Counted from the stretch's first letter, positions 37,012-49,097 are shown. The stretch: DNA of 64,000 nt from Clostridiales bacterium (GCA_003538975.1 DPQQ01000007.1:17408-81407); one strand, 5' to 3'. Translations and numbers: made by a program. Notes: generated by a model not told the origin, from the letters alone.

Positions 37012-38127
37012 ATGGAATTTTTAACGGAAGCGATCTCGCTTATCACCTGGAAAATCGTCCTTATGTGGGTAATCGGCGGGGTGCTTATCTATCTTGCGAT
37101 AAAAAAGGATATGGAACCCGCTCTTTTGTTGCCGATAGGTTTCGGCGCAATACTCGTGAATATCCCGCTGTCCAACGTCATAGGCGCGGACGGCGGCTCG
37201 ACGGGCATTATAGAGTGGCTTTTTAATATCGGCATCGAAGCGTCAGAAGCTCTGCCGATACTGCTTTTTATAGGAATAGGGGCGATGATAGACTTCGAAC
37301 CGCTTATATCCAATCCGAAGCTTATGATACTCGGAGCATTCGCACAGCTCGGAATATTCCTTACTATCATAATGGCGGTGCTCTTAGGCTTTCCGCTTAA
37401 AGACGCAGCCTCTGTCGGAATAATAGGTGCGGCGGACGGACCTACGTCTATTCTCGTCGCAATAAAGCTCGGCAGCCGATACGTAGGACCTATTACGGTA
37501 GCGGCATATTCGTATATGGCTCTCGTTCCGATAATTCAGCCGGCTGTGATAAAGTGCATAACTACCAAAAAAGAACGCCGCATAAGAATGGAATATTCAA
37601 CGAAAAAGGTCTCTAAAACGGTTAAAATATTGTTTCCGATAGCGGTTACCGTCGTTTCGGGACTTATCGCGCCAAAGAGCCTCGCGCTTATAGGTTTTCT
37701 GATGTTCGGCAATCTCTTGAACGAATGCGGAGTTCTCTCTTCTCTCGCGGATACGGCGAAAAATACCTTATGCAATCTGGTAACGCTCCTTCTTGGAATA
37801 ACGATAGCTTTCCAGATGCAGGCGGATAAGTTTTTGTCGAAAGAAACGCTTATGATAATGGCTCTCGGCCTTTTTGCTTTCGTGTTCGATACCGTGGGCG
37901 GTGTTATGTGCGCCAAAGTTATGAATCTGTTCTGCAAAAATAAAATAAACCCGATGGTAGGCGCAGCTGGAATTTCGGCATTTCCGATGTCCGCGAGAGT
38001 TGTTCATAAAATGGGACTTAAAGAAGACAACACCAACTTTTTGCTTATGCACGCCGTCGGAGCGAACGTTTCGGGACAGATAGCTTCGGCAATATGCGGC
38101 GGACTTATAATAGGTCTTATAGTTTAA
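37012..38127 (+). CDS. Sodium-ion-translocating decarboxylase beta subunit (OadB/GcdB/MmdB family)
   Basis: The 371-aa polytopic protein carries the family signatures GAADGPTS and MGLKEDNTNFLLMHA. RBS caaggagg is present. Confidence 0.85.
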   Translation: MEFLTEAISLITWKIVLMWVIGGVLIYLAIKKDMEPALLLPIGFGAILVNIPLSNVIGADGGSTGIIEWLFNIGIEASEALPILLFIGIGAMIDFEPLISNPKLMILGAFAQLGIFLTIIMAVLLGFPLKDAASVGIIGAADGPTSILVAIKLGSRYVGPITVAAYSYMALVPIIQPAVIKCITTKKERRIRMEYSTKKVSKTVKILFPIAVTVVSGLIAPKSLALIGFLMFGNLLNECGVLSSLADTAKNTLCNLVTLLLGITIAFQMQADKFLSKETLMIMALGLFAFVFDTVGGVMCAKVMNLFCKNKINPMVGAAGISAFPMSARVVHKMGLKEDNTNFLLMHAVGANVSGQIASAICGGLIIGLIV

Positions 38128-38139
38128 GGAGAAATAAAA

Positions 38140-38322
38140 ATGTTAAGCAACTTATTGTATTCGGTAAATAAAAACGACTTTTTTTCGTCTCTCGGTATTC
38201 TGTGGAAGGGACTTCTCGCGATGGTTATAGTAGTCTCGCTGATAATTTTCGCTACGTTTATACTGAAACTCGTTTTCCCGGTAAAAGAAAAACAAAATAA
38301 AGATACCGAAGAAAAGCAGTAA
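38140..38322 (+). CDS. Small single-TM protein, OadG-like gamma subunit candidate (60 aa)
   Basis: It lies 12 nt after oadB with an RBS aaggag. One TM helix is followed by an acidic tail. Confidence 0.5.
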   Translation: MLSNLLYSVNKNDFFSSLGILWKGLLAMVIVVSLIIFATFILKLVFPVKEKQNKDTEEKQ

Positions 38323-38371
38323 ACGGGTGGAAAGTTATTCGCAGAAAAAAATAATAAAAAATTTTAAAAAA

Positions 38372-38398
38372 TTAGCACTCAACACTTGACAGTGCTAA
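38372..38398 (+). promoter_or_regulatory. CIRCE element 1 (TTAGCACTC-N9-cAGTGCTAA) overlapping the clpB -35 box
   Basis: There is one mismatch to the HrcA operator consensus TTAGCACTC-N9-GAGTGCTAA. A TTGACA-N17-TATATA promoter lies at 38386-38414. Confidence 0.8.
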
Positions 38399-38430
38399 TT
38401 TTTTGTTGTATATAATATGGTATAAAAAGG

Positions 38431-38457
38431 CTGGCACTCTTACACATAGAGTGCTAA
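38431..38457 (+). promoter_or_regulatory. CIRCE element 2 (cTgGCACTC-N9-GAGTGCTAA) in the clpB leader
   Basis: The right half is perfect and the left half has two mismatches. Confidence 0.7.
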
Positions 38458-38575
38458 AAAGAATTTGTTTTCCGCTACCGTGTAACGGGGAGCGAATAAA
38501 GACCTTACATTAAGTTTCTTCTTTATAATAAAAAAATATAAAAGGGGAACAAGGAAGAATAAGGAGGTAAAATAT

Positions 38576-41158
38576 ATGAATTTCGATAAATACACTCAGA
38601 ATTCCGCTCTTGCGGTCGAGGCGGCTAAAAAGTACGCCGTCGAAAACGGCAATCAGGAGATAAAAGAAGCGCATTTGTTATACGGACTTTTAACGCTCGA
38701 CGACTCGTTTCTGAAAGAGCTTTTAGACGGGAACTTTAATTTAAGATCGGACGAAGTTTTAAGAAGAACAGACGCCGCGGTCGCAAAGTACCCCAAGATC
38801 TCCAACGTAAGCGGACTTTATATAGATTCCAGACTTAACGAAGCTTTGACCGACGCCGAAAAAGCCGCGGCGGAAATGAAAGACGATTATATTTCGGTAG
38901 AACATCTTTTTATCGGGATGATTGATAAACCCGACGACGATATGAAGGAGATATTCGCCGCGATGGGTATGGAAAAGAACAAATTTCTTTCCGCGCTCGA
39001 AAAGGTAAGGGGCGGGCAGAGAGTTACGGGCGAAAATCCGGAAGCTACTTACAACGCCATGAAAAAGTACGGCATCGACCTTGTCGAAACGGCGAGAGCG
39101 AATAAACTCGATCCCGTTATCGGCAGAGATTCCGAAATCCGTAACGTTATAAGAATTTTGTCGCGTAAGACGAAGAACAACCCCGTTCTGATCGGCGAAG
39201 CCGGCGTAGGTAAAACCGCTATCGTCGAAGGTCTTGCTCAGAGGATAGTAAAAGGCGACGTTCCGCAGAGTCTTATGGGTAAAACTATATTCTCGCTCGA
39301 TATGGGATCTCTCGTCGCCGGCGCGAAATACCGCGGCGAATTCGAAGAAAGACTTAAAGCCGTTCTTAACGAAGTCAAAAAGTCCGAAGGTAAAATCATA
39401 CTCTTTATCGACGAACTTCACCTTATCGTCGGCGCGGGTAAAACCGATGGCGCGATGGACGCGGGCAATATTTTAAAGCCCATGCTCGCAAGGGGCGAAC
39501 TCCACTGCATCGGCGCGACCACTCTCGACGAGTACAGAAAGTATATCGAAAAGGATCCCGCTCTCGAAAGAAGATTCCAGCCCGTTTTAGCAGGCGAACC
39601 TACCGTTGAAGATACCATCTCTATTTTAAGAGGTCTTAAAGAAAGATACGAGGTATTCCACGGCGTAAAGATTGCGGATAACGCGCTCGTCGCCGCGGCA
39701 ACGCTTTCGAACAGATATATTACGGACAGATTTTTGCCCGACAAGGCTATCGATCTTGTGGACGAAGCATGCGCGATGATAAGAACCGAAATAGACTCTT
39801 CTCCCGCGGAAATGGACGAAATCAAACATAAAATCGTTCAGCACGAGATCGAAATAACTTCGCTTAAAAAAGAAACGGATAAACTCTCCGCCGAAAGACT
39901 TAAAGAACTCGAAAAAGAACTTGCGGATCTTAAGGACAAATACAATGCCTACGAAGCTAAATTAAAAAACGAAAAGGCGGCTATCGAAAAAGTTCATAAG
40001 GCAAAGGAAGAACTCAACAAAGCCAAAGCCGAAATGGAAAAGGCTGAAAGAGAATACGACCTTAACAAGGCTGCCGAACTCAAATATTCGGTAATTCCGA
40101 AACTCGAAAAAGAAATCGCCGAAGAAGAAAAGAACGGATCGGGCAAGACCGAACTCGTAAAGAGCAAGGTAACCGAGGACGAAATCGCCGAGATCGTCGC
40201 CCGTAAGACAGGTATCCCCGTAAGCAAACTCGTCGAAGGCGAAAGAGAAAAACTTTTACACCTTGACGACGTTCTTCACGAAAGGGTAATCGGTCAGGAC
40301 GAAGCGGTAACCAAGGTTTCGGAAGCGATACTTCGTTCGAGAGCCGGTATAGCCGATCCCGACAGACCTATAGGGAGCTTTATGTTCTTAGGTCCGACCG
40401 GCGTAGGCAAGACCGAACTTGCGAAAACTCTCGCCAAAACTCTATTCGACGACGAAAACAGCATGGTCAGAATCGATATGACCGAGTATATGGAAAAATT
40501 CAGCGTCTCGAGACTTATCGGCGCGCCTCCGGGATACGTCGGATACGATGAAGGCGGTCAGCTTACCGAGGCGGTAAGAAGAAGACCTTACTCCGTCGTA
40601 TTGTTCGATGAAATCGAAAAGGCCCATCCCGACGTCTTTAATATTCTTCTTCAGGTACTCGACGACGGCAGAATAACCGATTCGCAGGGCAGAACGGTAG
40701 ACTTCAAAAACACGGTAATCATCCTTACTTCCAACATCGGCGCGCCCGCCATACTTAACGGACTCAAACCCGACGGCACCATAAGCAAAGAAGCCATGGA
40801 CGAAGTAACTACCGAACTCAAAGCGGCTTTCAGACCGGAATTTCTGAACAGACTCGACGATATAATCTTCTTTAAACCGCTTACCGAAAAGGAAATAGGA
40901 GGCATAGTAAATCTTCTTCTTAAGAAGGTCGAAGGCAGGCTTTCGGACAGACAGGTTACGCTAAACGTTACCGACGCGGCTAAAAAATATATCGTTAAAA
41001 ACGGTTACGATGTCGCTTACGGCGCGAGACCGCTTAAAAGATTTATCGAACACAACGTCGAAACCATGGTTGCTAAGGAGCTTATATTAAAGGATATCGC
41101 TCCCGGTACGACTATAACCGTAGATTCCGACGGCGAAAAACTTTTTGTGAAGGAATAA
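38576..41158 (+). CDS. clpB: ATP-dependent chaperone ClpB
   Basis: Two AAA+ modules (GEAGVGKT and GPTGVGKT) are joined by a long coiled-coil middle domain. The protein is 860 aa. Confidence 0.95.
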   Translation: MNFDKYTQNSALAVEAAKKYAVENGNQEIKEAHLLYGLLTLDDSFLKELLDGNFNLRSDEVLRRTDAAVAKYPKISNVSGLYIDSRLNEALTDAEKAAAEMKDDYISVEHLFIGMIDKPDDDMKEIFAAMGMEKNKFLSALEKVRGGQRVTGENPEATYNAMKKYGIDLVETARANKLDPVIGRDSEIRNVIRILSRKTKNNPVLIGEAGVGKTAIVEGLAQRIVKGDVPQSLMGKTIFSLDMGSLVAGAKYRGEFEERLKAVLNEVKKSEGKIILFIDELHLIVGAGKTDGAMDAGNILKPMLARGELHCIGATTLDEYRKYIEKDPALERRFQPVLAGEPTVEDTISILRGLKERYEVFHGVKIADNALVAAATLSNRYITDRFLPDKAIDLVDEACAMIRTEIDSSPAEMDEIKHKIVQHEIEITSLKKETDKLSAERLKELEKELADLKDKYNAYEAKLKNEKAAIEKVHKAKEELNKAKAEMEKAEREYDLNKAAELKYSVIPKLEKEIAEEEKNGSGKTELVKSKVTEDEIAEIVARKTGIPVSKLVEGEREKLLHLDDVLHERVIGQDEAVTKVSEAILRSRAGIADPDRPIGSFMFLGPTGVGKTELAKTLAKTLFDDENSMVRIDMTEYMEKFSVSRLIGAPPGYVGYDEGGQLTEAVRRRPYSVVLFDEIEKAHPDVFNILLQVLDDGRITDSQGRTVDFKNTVIILTSNIGAPAILNGLKPDGTISKEAMDEVTTELKAAFRPEFLNRLDDIIFFKPLTEKEIGGIVNLLLKKVEGRLSDRQVTLNVTDAAKKYIVKNGYDVAYGARPLKRFIEHNVETMVAKELILKDIAPGTTITVDSDGEKLFVKE

Positions 41159-41195
41159 TCGGGCGTTCTGCCTTATAAAAAATTACAACTAAACG

Positions 41196-41228
41196 AAAAA
41201 GGCACGGTTTCGACGAACCGTGCCTTTT
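41196..41228 (+). terminator. Rho-independent terminator (aaaaaggcacggtt-tcgacg-aaccgtgcctttt)
   Basis: Perfect stem plus a T-run. Confidence 0.85.
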
Positions 41229-41521
41229 GAAATACTGCCGGAAATGAAAAACAGCAATATAAAAAACGTAAATTCCGTCGTAAAAAAGAGAATAATGCGC
41301 AAACATACGTTTCCGTACGACCTAAAAATCTCTGAAATATATAAAATATCGTTAATTTTTTAGGCATTTAAAGTTGATTTTAATATATAAATATGGTAAA
41401 ATAATTTCGCTAAAAAATTCACACCCGAAACGGAACGGCTTATCGTGCGGCAAAAATTCTATTTCATTTGCCGTGGCGCCGGTTATTTTACGTCGGGGAG
41501 GATTAACGGAGGTATAATTTT

Positions 41522-42289
41522 ATGGCAGTAATTACTATGAAGCAGTTACTCGAAGCAGGCGTCCATTTCGGACATCAGACAAGACGTTGGAACCCGAAGA
41601 TGAAAAAGTACATCTACGGCGAAAGAAACGGTATTCACATCATCAACCTTGAACAGACCGTAGAACTTATCGAAAAGGACGCATATCCCTTTATCGTCGA
41701 AACCGTTAAAGAAGGCAAGTCGGTACTTTTCGTAGGAACCAAGAAACAGGCTCAGGAAGCTATCAAGACCGAAGCGGAACGCTGCGGAATGTTCTACGTT
41801 AACGAAAGATGGCTCGGCGGTACTCTTACAAACTTCAAGACCATCAGATCGAGAATCGACAGACTCAACAAGCTCGACAATATGGAAAAGAGCGGCGAAT
41901 TCGAACTTCTTCCCAAGAAAGAAGTAGCTCTTTTAAAGACCGAAAGAGATAAACTTCAGGCAAATCTCGGAGGCATCAGAGAAATGAGAAATCTTCCCGG
42001 CGTAATGTTCATCGTTGACCCCGCGGACGAAGATATCGCAGTTAAAGAAGCTAAAAAACTTAACATTCCCATCGTAGCGATCACCGATACGAATTGCGAT
42101 CCCGACCTTATCGATCACGTAATTCCCGGCAACGACGACGCCATAAGAGCGGTTAAGCTCATCGCTTCCGTAATCGCGGATGCGGTTATCGAAGCCAAAG
42201 GCGGCGAACAGATGGAAGAAACCGCTACGGAAGCTGCCGAAGCTCCCGTCGAAGAAGCTGCTGCCGAAACTGCGGAAAAAGCCGAATAA
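41522..42289 (+). CDS. rpsB: 30S ribosomal protein S2
   Basis: The protein begins [27 protein letters not shown]. Confidence 0.95.
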   Translation: MAVITMKQLLEAGVHFGHQTRRWNPKMKKYIYGERNGIHIINLEQTVELIEKDAYPFIVETVKEGKSVLFVGTKKQAQEAIKTEAERCGMFYVNERWLGGTLTNFKTIRSRIDRLNKLDNMEKSGEFELLPKKEVALLKTERDKLQANLGGIREMRNLPGVMFIVDPADEDIAVKEAKKLNIPIVAITDTNCDPDLIDHVIPGNDDAIRAVKLIASVIADAVIEAKGGEQMEETATEAAEAPVEEAAAETAEKAE

Positions 42290-42360
42290 TTCTATGCGGG
42301 CGGGTTTATAAAACATAAGTCCGCCACTATAAAAAAATATATAACGGAGGAACCATAACT

Positions 42361-43227
42361 ATGTACACGATGGAAGACGTAAAAACGTTGAGAGAAAGAA
42401 CCGGCGCGGGCATTTCGGATTGTTCGAAAGCTCTTAAAGAAAACGACGGCGATATGGAAAAGGCTATAGATTATTTAAGAGAAAAAGGAATCGCTACCGC
42501 AGCTAAAAAGTCGGGCAGAATCGCTTCCGAAGGTATCTGCTATGCCGAAGTTAAAGGAAACACCGCCGTTTTACTCGAAGTAAACTGCGAATCCGACTTC
42601 GTATCGAAGGGCGATCTTTTCAAAGCTTTCGCCAAAGAAGTTGCAGAATATATCTTTAATAACGACGTAAAAGACGTTGAAGAAGTAAAGACCGCTATGG
42701 AAGCCAAGACCACCGAAGCTATCCAGAAGATCGGCGAAAACATCAAAATCAGACGTTTCGATAAATACGTATCGGATAACGCCGTAGACAGCTATATCCA
42801 CATGGGCGGCAAGATCGGCGTTCTCGTAGAATGCGCTGCCGGCGTTTCGAAAGAAACCCTTCACGACGTAGCTCTTCAGATCGCTGCGGCTAAACCCTTA
42901 TACGTTAAGGAAGACGAAGTTCCCGCGGACGTTCTTGAAAAAGAAAAAGAAATCCTTTTGATGCAGATTAAAAACGATCCGAAGCTTGCGGCTAAACCCC
43001 AGCAGGTTATCGAAAAGATGGTTGAAGGCAAAATCAAAAAGTATTATGAAGAAAACTGTCTTAACGATCAGGCTTTCGTAAAAGATCCTTCCTTAAAAGT
43101 CAAAGATCTTCTTGCGAAAGAAAATTCTTACGTAATCAGGTTCACCAGATTCGAAATGGGCGAAGGTCTCGAAAAGAAGTCGAACGACTTCGCTGCCGAA
43201 GTTGCCGAACAGATGGCTAAGAAATAA
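42361..43227 (+). CDS. tsf: Elongation factor Ts
   Basis: The UBA-like N-terminus reads LRERTGAGISDCSKAL. Confidence 0.95.
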   Translation: MYTMEDVKTLRERTGAGISDCSKALKENDGDMEKAIDYLREKGIATAAKKSGRIASEGICYAEVKGNTAVLLEVNCESDFVSKGDLFKAFAKEVAEYIFNNDVKDVEEVKTAMEAKTTEAIQKIGENIKIRRFDKYVSDNAVDSYIHMGGKIGVLVECAAGVSKETLHDVALQIAAAKPLYVKEDEVPADVLEKEKEILLMQIKNDPKLAAKPQQVIEKMVEGKIKKYYEENCLNDQAFVKDPSLKVKDLLAKENSYVIRFTRFEMGEGLEKKSNDFAAEVAEQMAKK

Positions 43228-43242
43228 GCTTTAATAAGAATA

Positions 43243-43272
43243 AAAAGCCGACGGGATCGCCGGCTTTTTTGT
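43243..43272 (+). terminator. Rho-independent terminator after tsf
   Basis: The sequence is aaaagccg-acgggatcg-ccggcttttttg. Confidence 0.7.
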
Positions 43273-43380
43273 TGTCATATAATCAAAAACCGTATTCTGC
43301 TGCGGCAAAAAAGAATTTATCCGGATAAAAACGGTTTTGAATTTAATTATATTTTAAATGGTATGGACAAAAACTTTTAA

Positions 43381-44181
<801 letters not shown>

Positions 44182-44270
44182 CCTTAAGGTTATATAAAAA
44201 GGTTATATAAATAAATTTATACTATAAAAACATAAATCATAAATAATATATAAAAATCAAGGAGAAAATT

Positions 44271-44846
44271 ATGGCAATCGAAAACGAACAGTACGAAATG
44301 ATGATATTGGACACCGAAGAACGCGCCGAAAAGGCTGTTTCGGTACTTAAAAGCGAATACGCGAGTATCCGCGCCGGCAGAGCTAATCCGCATATTTTAG
44401 ACAAGGTTTTAGTAGATTATTACGGAACTCCTTCACCTATCAATCAGGTAGGCAACATTACCGTTTCGGACGCAAGATGTCTCGTCATCGCTCCGTGGGA
44501 CGCGAGTATGCTTAAAGTTATCGAAAAGCAGCTTATAGCCGAAAATCTCGGAATAAATCCCACCAACGACGGTAAGGTAATAAGACTCGTATTCCCGGTT
44601 CTTACCGAAGAAAGAAGAAAAGATCTCGTTAAAGAAGTCAAAAAACTTTGCGAAGACGCCAAGGTTGCGGTAAGAAACATCAGAAGAGAAGCGATGGACG
44701 TTCTTAAAAAACTCAAAAACAACAAGGAAGTATCCGAAGACGATTTTGCCGCCGGCGAAAAGGAAGTCGAAAAGATAATTTCAAAGTATATCGAAGCCAT
44801 CGACAAAGCAGAAGCGGATAAAGAAAAGGACGTTTTAACCGTCTGA
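44271..44846 (+). CDS. frr: Ribosome recycling factor
   Basis: The 191-aa protein reads SEYASIRAGRANPHILD. Confidence 0.95.
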   Translation: MAIENEQYEMMILDTEERAEKAVSVLKSEYASIRAGRANPHILDKVLVDYYGTPSPINQVGNITVSDARCLVIAPWDASMLKVIEKQLIAENLGINPTNDGKVIRLVFPVLTEERRKDLVKEVKKLCEDAKVAVRNIRREAMDVLKKLKNNKEVSEDDFAAGEKEVEKIISKYIEAIDKAEADKEKDVLTV

Positions 44847-44880
44847 TAAAGATTATTCATTATCGCAGAAGGAAGAGAAA

Positions 44881-45618
44881 ATGCTGTTTTTTAACAAGAA
44901 GAAAAAGGCTAAAGAAAACACGGACGGCGAAACTGCGGTTAATACCTTTCCTTATCACGTTGCGATAATCATGGACGGAAACGGAAGATGGGCTTCCGCT
45001 TCGGGCAAGCCGCGTTCGTACGGTCATAAAATCGGGGCCGAAAACGTCGAAAGAATAGTTTCGCACGCCTTCGTAAGAGGCGTAAAAGCTCTTTCGTTAT
45101 ACGCATTTTCTTCCGAAAATTGGTCCCGTCCCGAGAAAGAAGTAGATAAAATATTCTCGCTTATCGTTTCGTTTCTTAAAAAGTATATAAAAAAGGCGGA
45201 AGATAACGGCGTAAAGGTCGTCTTTTCGGGAGATCTTACGGCTCTTCCCAAAAAGCTTTTGTCGGAAGCGGAAGAAGTTATAAACGGAACGAAATGTAAC
45301 GATAAGTTCGTTCTCAACATCGCGCTTAACTACGGCGCGCGGACCGAAATCGCCAGGGCGGCAAGCCTTGCGGTTAAAAACGGCGAACCCGTTACGCCCG
45401 AAACCGTGTCAAAATACTTGTATACGGCGGATATAGGCGATCCCGAACTTATAATAAGGACGGGAGGGGAACTCAGACTTTCGAACTTTATGCTGTTTCA
45501 GGCGGCGTACTCCGAGCTCTATTTCACAAAGGTTATGTGGCCGGACTTCAACGAAGAGGAATTCGATAAAGCTCTGAAAGATTTTTCGAAACGCAAACGC
45601 CGTTTCGGCGGGATATAA
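44881..45618 (+). CDS. uppS: Undecaprenyl diphosphate synthase
   Basis: HVAIIMDGNGRWA is present, with the C-terminal RFGG motif. Confidence 0.9.
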   Translation: MLFFNKKKKAKENTDGETAVNTFPYHVAIIMDGNGRWASASGKPRSYGHKIGAENVERIVSHAFVRGVKALSLYAFSSENWSRPEKEVDKIFSLIVSFLKKYIKKAEDNGVKVVFSGDLTALPKKLLSEAEEVINGTKCNDKFVLNIALNYGARTEIARAASLAVKNGEPVTPETVSKYLYTADIGDPELIIRTGGELRLSNFMLFQAAYSELYFTKVMWPDFNEEEFDKALKDFSKRKRRFGGI

Positions 45619-45705
45619 TAGCGGAATATAATTGAGGTATATAAAATTATACCGTTTGGAATCCCTTGCGGAATTAAAAATTAAGCCGCGGGGTGCGGAG
45701 AACAG

Positions 45706-46572
45706 ATGAAAAGTAATTTTTTAACGAGGGTAATAACGGGACTCGCGCTTGTTTTGTTTACCGTTTCGTTTTTCTTTTTAAGGAACATAAGCGTTAAATT
45801 ATTCGATATTTACACGGCGTTTCTCATAATAGTCGGAACGTACGAACTGTCGTCGAAGTTGTTTCTTTTCAAAATAACCAAAAACGAAGACGGTAAAGAG
45901 GTAAAAACGCTGGATACCGACGGAGCGTCGGTTACGGCTTTCGTGATAACGATGCTTTCGGCATTTTTAGTGGTGCCGGCTTTCGACTGTTTGAAGCCGC
46001 TCACGGCATACTGTGTGATAATGGCGGAAGCCGCTATTATAGCGATAGTTTCGATCTTTTCAAAAGAAAAGGGCAAACTCGCTTTGAAAGGGCTTTTGAC
46101 CGCGGTTTATCCGAAGCTTATAATGACGGCGTTTTTATATGCGAATTCGCTTAAAAACAATTCTCTTTTAGCTCTTATTCTTATATTTACGATAGCTCCT
46201 GCGACGGACGTTATGGCGTATCTTGTGGGATCTGCGGTAAAAGGCAAAAAGCTTTGCCCGAAAATCAGTCCGAATAAGACGATTTCGGGAGCAATAGGCG
46301 GACTTTCGGGCGGGATAATCGTGGCGGTCGCGCTGTCGTTTATATTAAAACCCGTAACCGACGTAAAACTCGTATGGCTTGTCTTTGCAGCACTCGGCAT
46401 ATTCGGTTCGGTGTTAACGCAGATAGGCGATCTCACCGAAAGTTATATTAAAAGAAAACTCGGCGTAAAAGATATGGGATTTATTTTCCCGGGACACGGC
46501 GGAGTTCTCGACAGATTCGACGGAATCTCGTTCGCGGCGGTTCTCGTTACGATAGTCGTAGGTCTTTTATAA
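45706..46572 (+). CDS. cdsA: Phosphatidate cytidylyltransferase
   Basis: A polytopic protein with SPNKTISGAIGG...GDLTESYIKR. Confidence 0.9.
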   Translation: MKSNFLTRVITGLALVLFTVSFFFLRNISVKLFDIYTAFLIIVGTYELSSKLFLFKITKNEDGKEVKTLDTDGASVTAFVITMLSAFLVVPAFDCLKPLTAYCVIMAEAAIIAIVSIFSKEKGKLALKGLLTAVYPKLIMTAFLYANSLKNNSLLALILIFTIAPATDVMAYLVGSAVKGKKLCPKISPNKTISGAIGGLSGGIIVAVALSFILKPVTDVKLVWLVFAALGIFGSVLTQIGDLTESYIKRKLGVKDMGFIFPGHGGVLDRFDGISFAAVLVTIVVGLL

Positions 46573-46697
46573 TAAAAACGTTTTCGGGCGGAAAGAAGAA
46601 TTTTCGCCCGAATTTTTTAGAAATGCGGAGCGGCCGACAGAAATCGGACAATCGGTTTTACTTACTCTCCGCAAATAACGGCGACGGTTTTGCTAAA

Positions 46698-47870
46698 ATG
46701 AAAAAGAAAATTGCTCTTTTAGGTTCTACCGGCTCCATCGGCAGGCAGACTTTGAACGTAATAAGGCGTAACCCCGACTTGTTCGAGGTCGTTTCGCTTG
46801 CGGCGGGAAACAATACGGAGTTGCTTTTATCGCAGGCGGCAGAATTTTCGCCCGACGTTATTACGTTAAAGAGCGAAGCCGGTCTGAAAAAATTAAATAT
46901 CGATTTAAAAAACGGCAATAATTACGGAGTAAAAGAAGTTTACTTCGGAAGCGAAGCTTATATTGAAGCGATTACGGACGAAGCCGATCTTGTCGTTATC
47001 GCTCTCGTCGGATTCGATGGGCTAAAAGCCGTTCTGAAAGCGGCAGAAAAGGGCAAGGACATAGCTCTCGCCAATAAAGAAAGTCTCGTTGTCGGTGGAA
47101 AATTTATAATGGATGCGATAAATTCGTCGGGAATAAGACTTAATCCGATAGACAGCGAACATTCCGCAATATGGCAATGTCTCGGTTTTGACAGGACAAC
47201 GCCTTTTAAAAAGCTGATTTTAACGGCTTCGGGAGGAGCTTTCAGAGATAAGACGATTGAAGAACTTAAAACCGTAACGGCAAAGGAAGCGCTTAAACAC
47301 CCGAACTGGAATATGGGCGATAAAATAACCGTAGACTGCGCGACGATGGTGAACAAAGCCTTCGAGGTAATCGAAGCGAACAGACTTTATAACGCTGACT
47401 TTTCGAAAATAGAAGCGGTCATGCACAGGGAGAGCATTATTCACTCAATGGTCGAGTTTTGCGATAATTCCGTTATGGCGCAGCTTTCGTACCCGTCGAT
47501 GGAAATTCCTATATCTCTCGCGTTGACGGACGGCAAAAGGCTCGCGCAAAATGTGGACGAACTCGACTTTTTTAAGATTAAAACGCTTGACTTCGAGGAA
47601 ATCGACGGTAAAAAATTTCCTTGCTTTCCGATAGGGATAGAAGCCGGGAGAAAAGGCGGGCTATATCCCGCAGTGTTCAACGGCGCAAACGAAGCCGCCA
47701 ATCTCGCTTTCAGACAGGGCGTCATATCGTATCCCGATATTTACGCTATAATAGAAGGCGCGCTTTCGGCATATACTGTAAAAGAGTCCGTGTCGCTCGA
47801 ATCGATAGAACGGGCGAACGAATTTGCGACAGGGTTTGCCGAAAAATTTATAAAAAACAAATTAAATTAA
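46698..47870 (+). CDS. dxr: 1-deoxy-D-xylulose 5-phosphate reductoisomerase
   Basis: KKIALLGSTGSIGRQTL matches the family. The internal ATG at 46698 gives the standard N-terminus. Confidence 0.9.
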   Translation: MKKKIALLGSTGSIGRQTLNVIRRNPDLFEVVSLAAGNNTELLLSQAAEFSPDVITLKSEAGLKKLNIDLKNGNNYGVKEVYFGSEAYIEAITDEADLVVIALVGFDGLKAVLKAAEKGKDIALANKESLVVGGKFIMDAINSSGIRLNPIDSEHSAIWQCLGFDRTTPFKKLILTASGGAFRDKTIEELKTVTAKEALKHPNWNMGDKITVDCATMVNKAFEVIEANRLYNADFSKIEAVMHRESIIHSMVEFCDNSVMAQLSYPSMEIPISLALTDGKRLAQNVDELDFFKIKTLDFEEIDGKKFPCFPIGIEAGRKGGLYPAVFNGANEAANLAFRQGVISYPDIYAIIEGALSAYTVKESVSLESIERANEFATGFAEKFIKNKLN

Positions 47871-47904
47871 ATAAAAATCGGAACATTCCGAAAAAGGGTA
47901 AAAC

Positions 47905-48951
47905 ATGGCGTCGAATATGCTTGCGTCCTTTGCGGACGTATGGGGCAAAATATGGCCGATACTCGTTGCGATACTCATACTTTTGCTTATGATAACGGTA
48001 CATGAGTTCGGACATTATATAGTCGGTAAAATTTTTAAATTCAAAATAGACGAATTTGCGATAGGCTTCGGTCCGGCAATAGTCAGAAAACAAAAAAAGA
48101 ACGGCGAATATTTTTCAATAAGGGCGTTGCCGCTCGGCGGTTACTGCGCCTTTCACGGAGAAGACAACGAAGCCGTCGAAGAAGGCGACTTCAATTCCAA
48201 ACCGCCGTGGCAGAGGATACTCGTTCTGATTGCCGGGGCGACGATGAACCTTCTTCTTGCGCTTGTTGTGTCCGGAATGTTTCTCGGAATTTACGGCGCG
48301 CCGATGTATAAAATAGTTTCGACCGACGATTACGAAGCGCAGGCTTTTATGGCGGGCGATATAATATTGCAGATCGAAGACAAGGATATGTACGCCACAT
48401 TCGACGATTTTGCAAAGTATACTTCGGGTAAATCTGTGGGCGACAGCATAAAATTCACCGTTTTACGAGACGGCAAAAAGGTTAAAATTTCGGCTGCTTT
48501 ACACGAGAACGACGAAGGCAAAACCGTCATCGGCATAACGATGGGTGGCGAATACGTTAAATTCGGATTTTTCGAGACGATAGGAAGAACATTCGCCTAC
48601 ACGTTCAAACTCGGCATGTCGATATTGTCCGTTCTCGGCGGACTTATAACGGGCAAGGTAGGAATTTCGTCGATGGGCGGTACGTTTTCAACGATAACGG
48701 CTACGGCTCAGGGCGTCAAAAATTACGGGTTCCCGTTCCTTTTGCAGATAACAGCTTTAATCGGAGTCAATCTCGGAGTTTTTAATCTTCTTCCTATTCC
48801 GGCTCTCGACGGATCAAAAGTAGTATTTACGACGATAGAGTGGATAAGAGGCAAACCTATAAACCGCAACGTAGAAGCGGTTATTCATCTTATAGGATTT
48901 GTTCTCTTAATCGGTTTTGCCGTGCTTGTCGACCTGCAACATTGTTTCTGA
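47905..48951 (+). CDS. rseP: RIP metalloprotease RseP/RasP (M50 with PDZ)
   Basis: The zinc motif HEFGHYIVGK and the second M50 motif NLLPIPALDGS are both present. Confidence 0.9.
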   Translation: MASNMLASFADVWGKIWPILVAILILLLMITVHEFGHYIVGKIFKFKIDEFAIGFGPAIVRKQKKNGEYFSIRALPLGGYCAFHGEDNEAVEEGDFNSKPPWQRILVLIAGATMNLLLALVVSGMFLGIYGAPMYKIVSTDDYEAQAFMAGDIILQIEDKDMYATFDDFAKYTSGKSVGDSIKFTVLRDGKKVKISAALHENDEGKTVIGITMGGEYVKFGFFETIGRTFAYTFKLGMSILSVLGGLITGKVGISSMGGTFSTITATAQGVKNYGFPFLLQITALIGVNLGVFNLLPIPALDGSKVVFTTIEWIRGKPINRNVEAVIHLIGFVLLIGFAVLVDLQHCF

Positions 48952-49097
48952 CGGGCGGAACGTATTTAATAAAAATAAAAAAGAGGCTTGCTTACCGGCA
49001 GGTCTTTTTTATTTGTTTATCATAAAATCCATATCCCCGAAAATATAATTATTACGAATAATCCGCTAATCCGCGATATTTTTTAAGGGGAAAAGAA

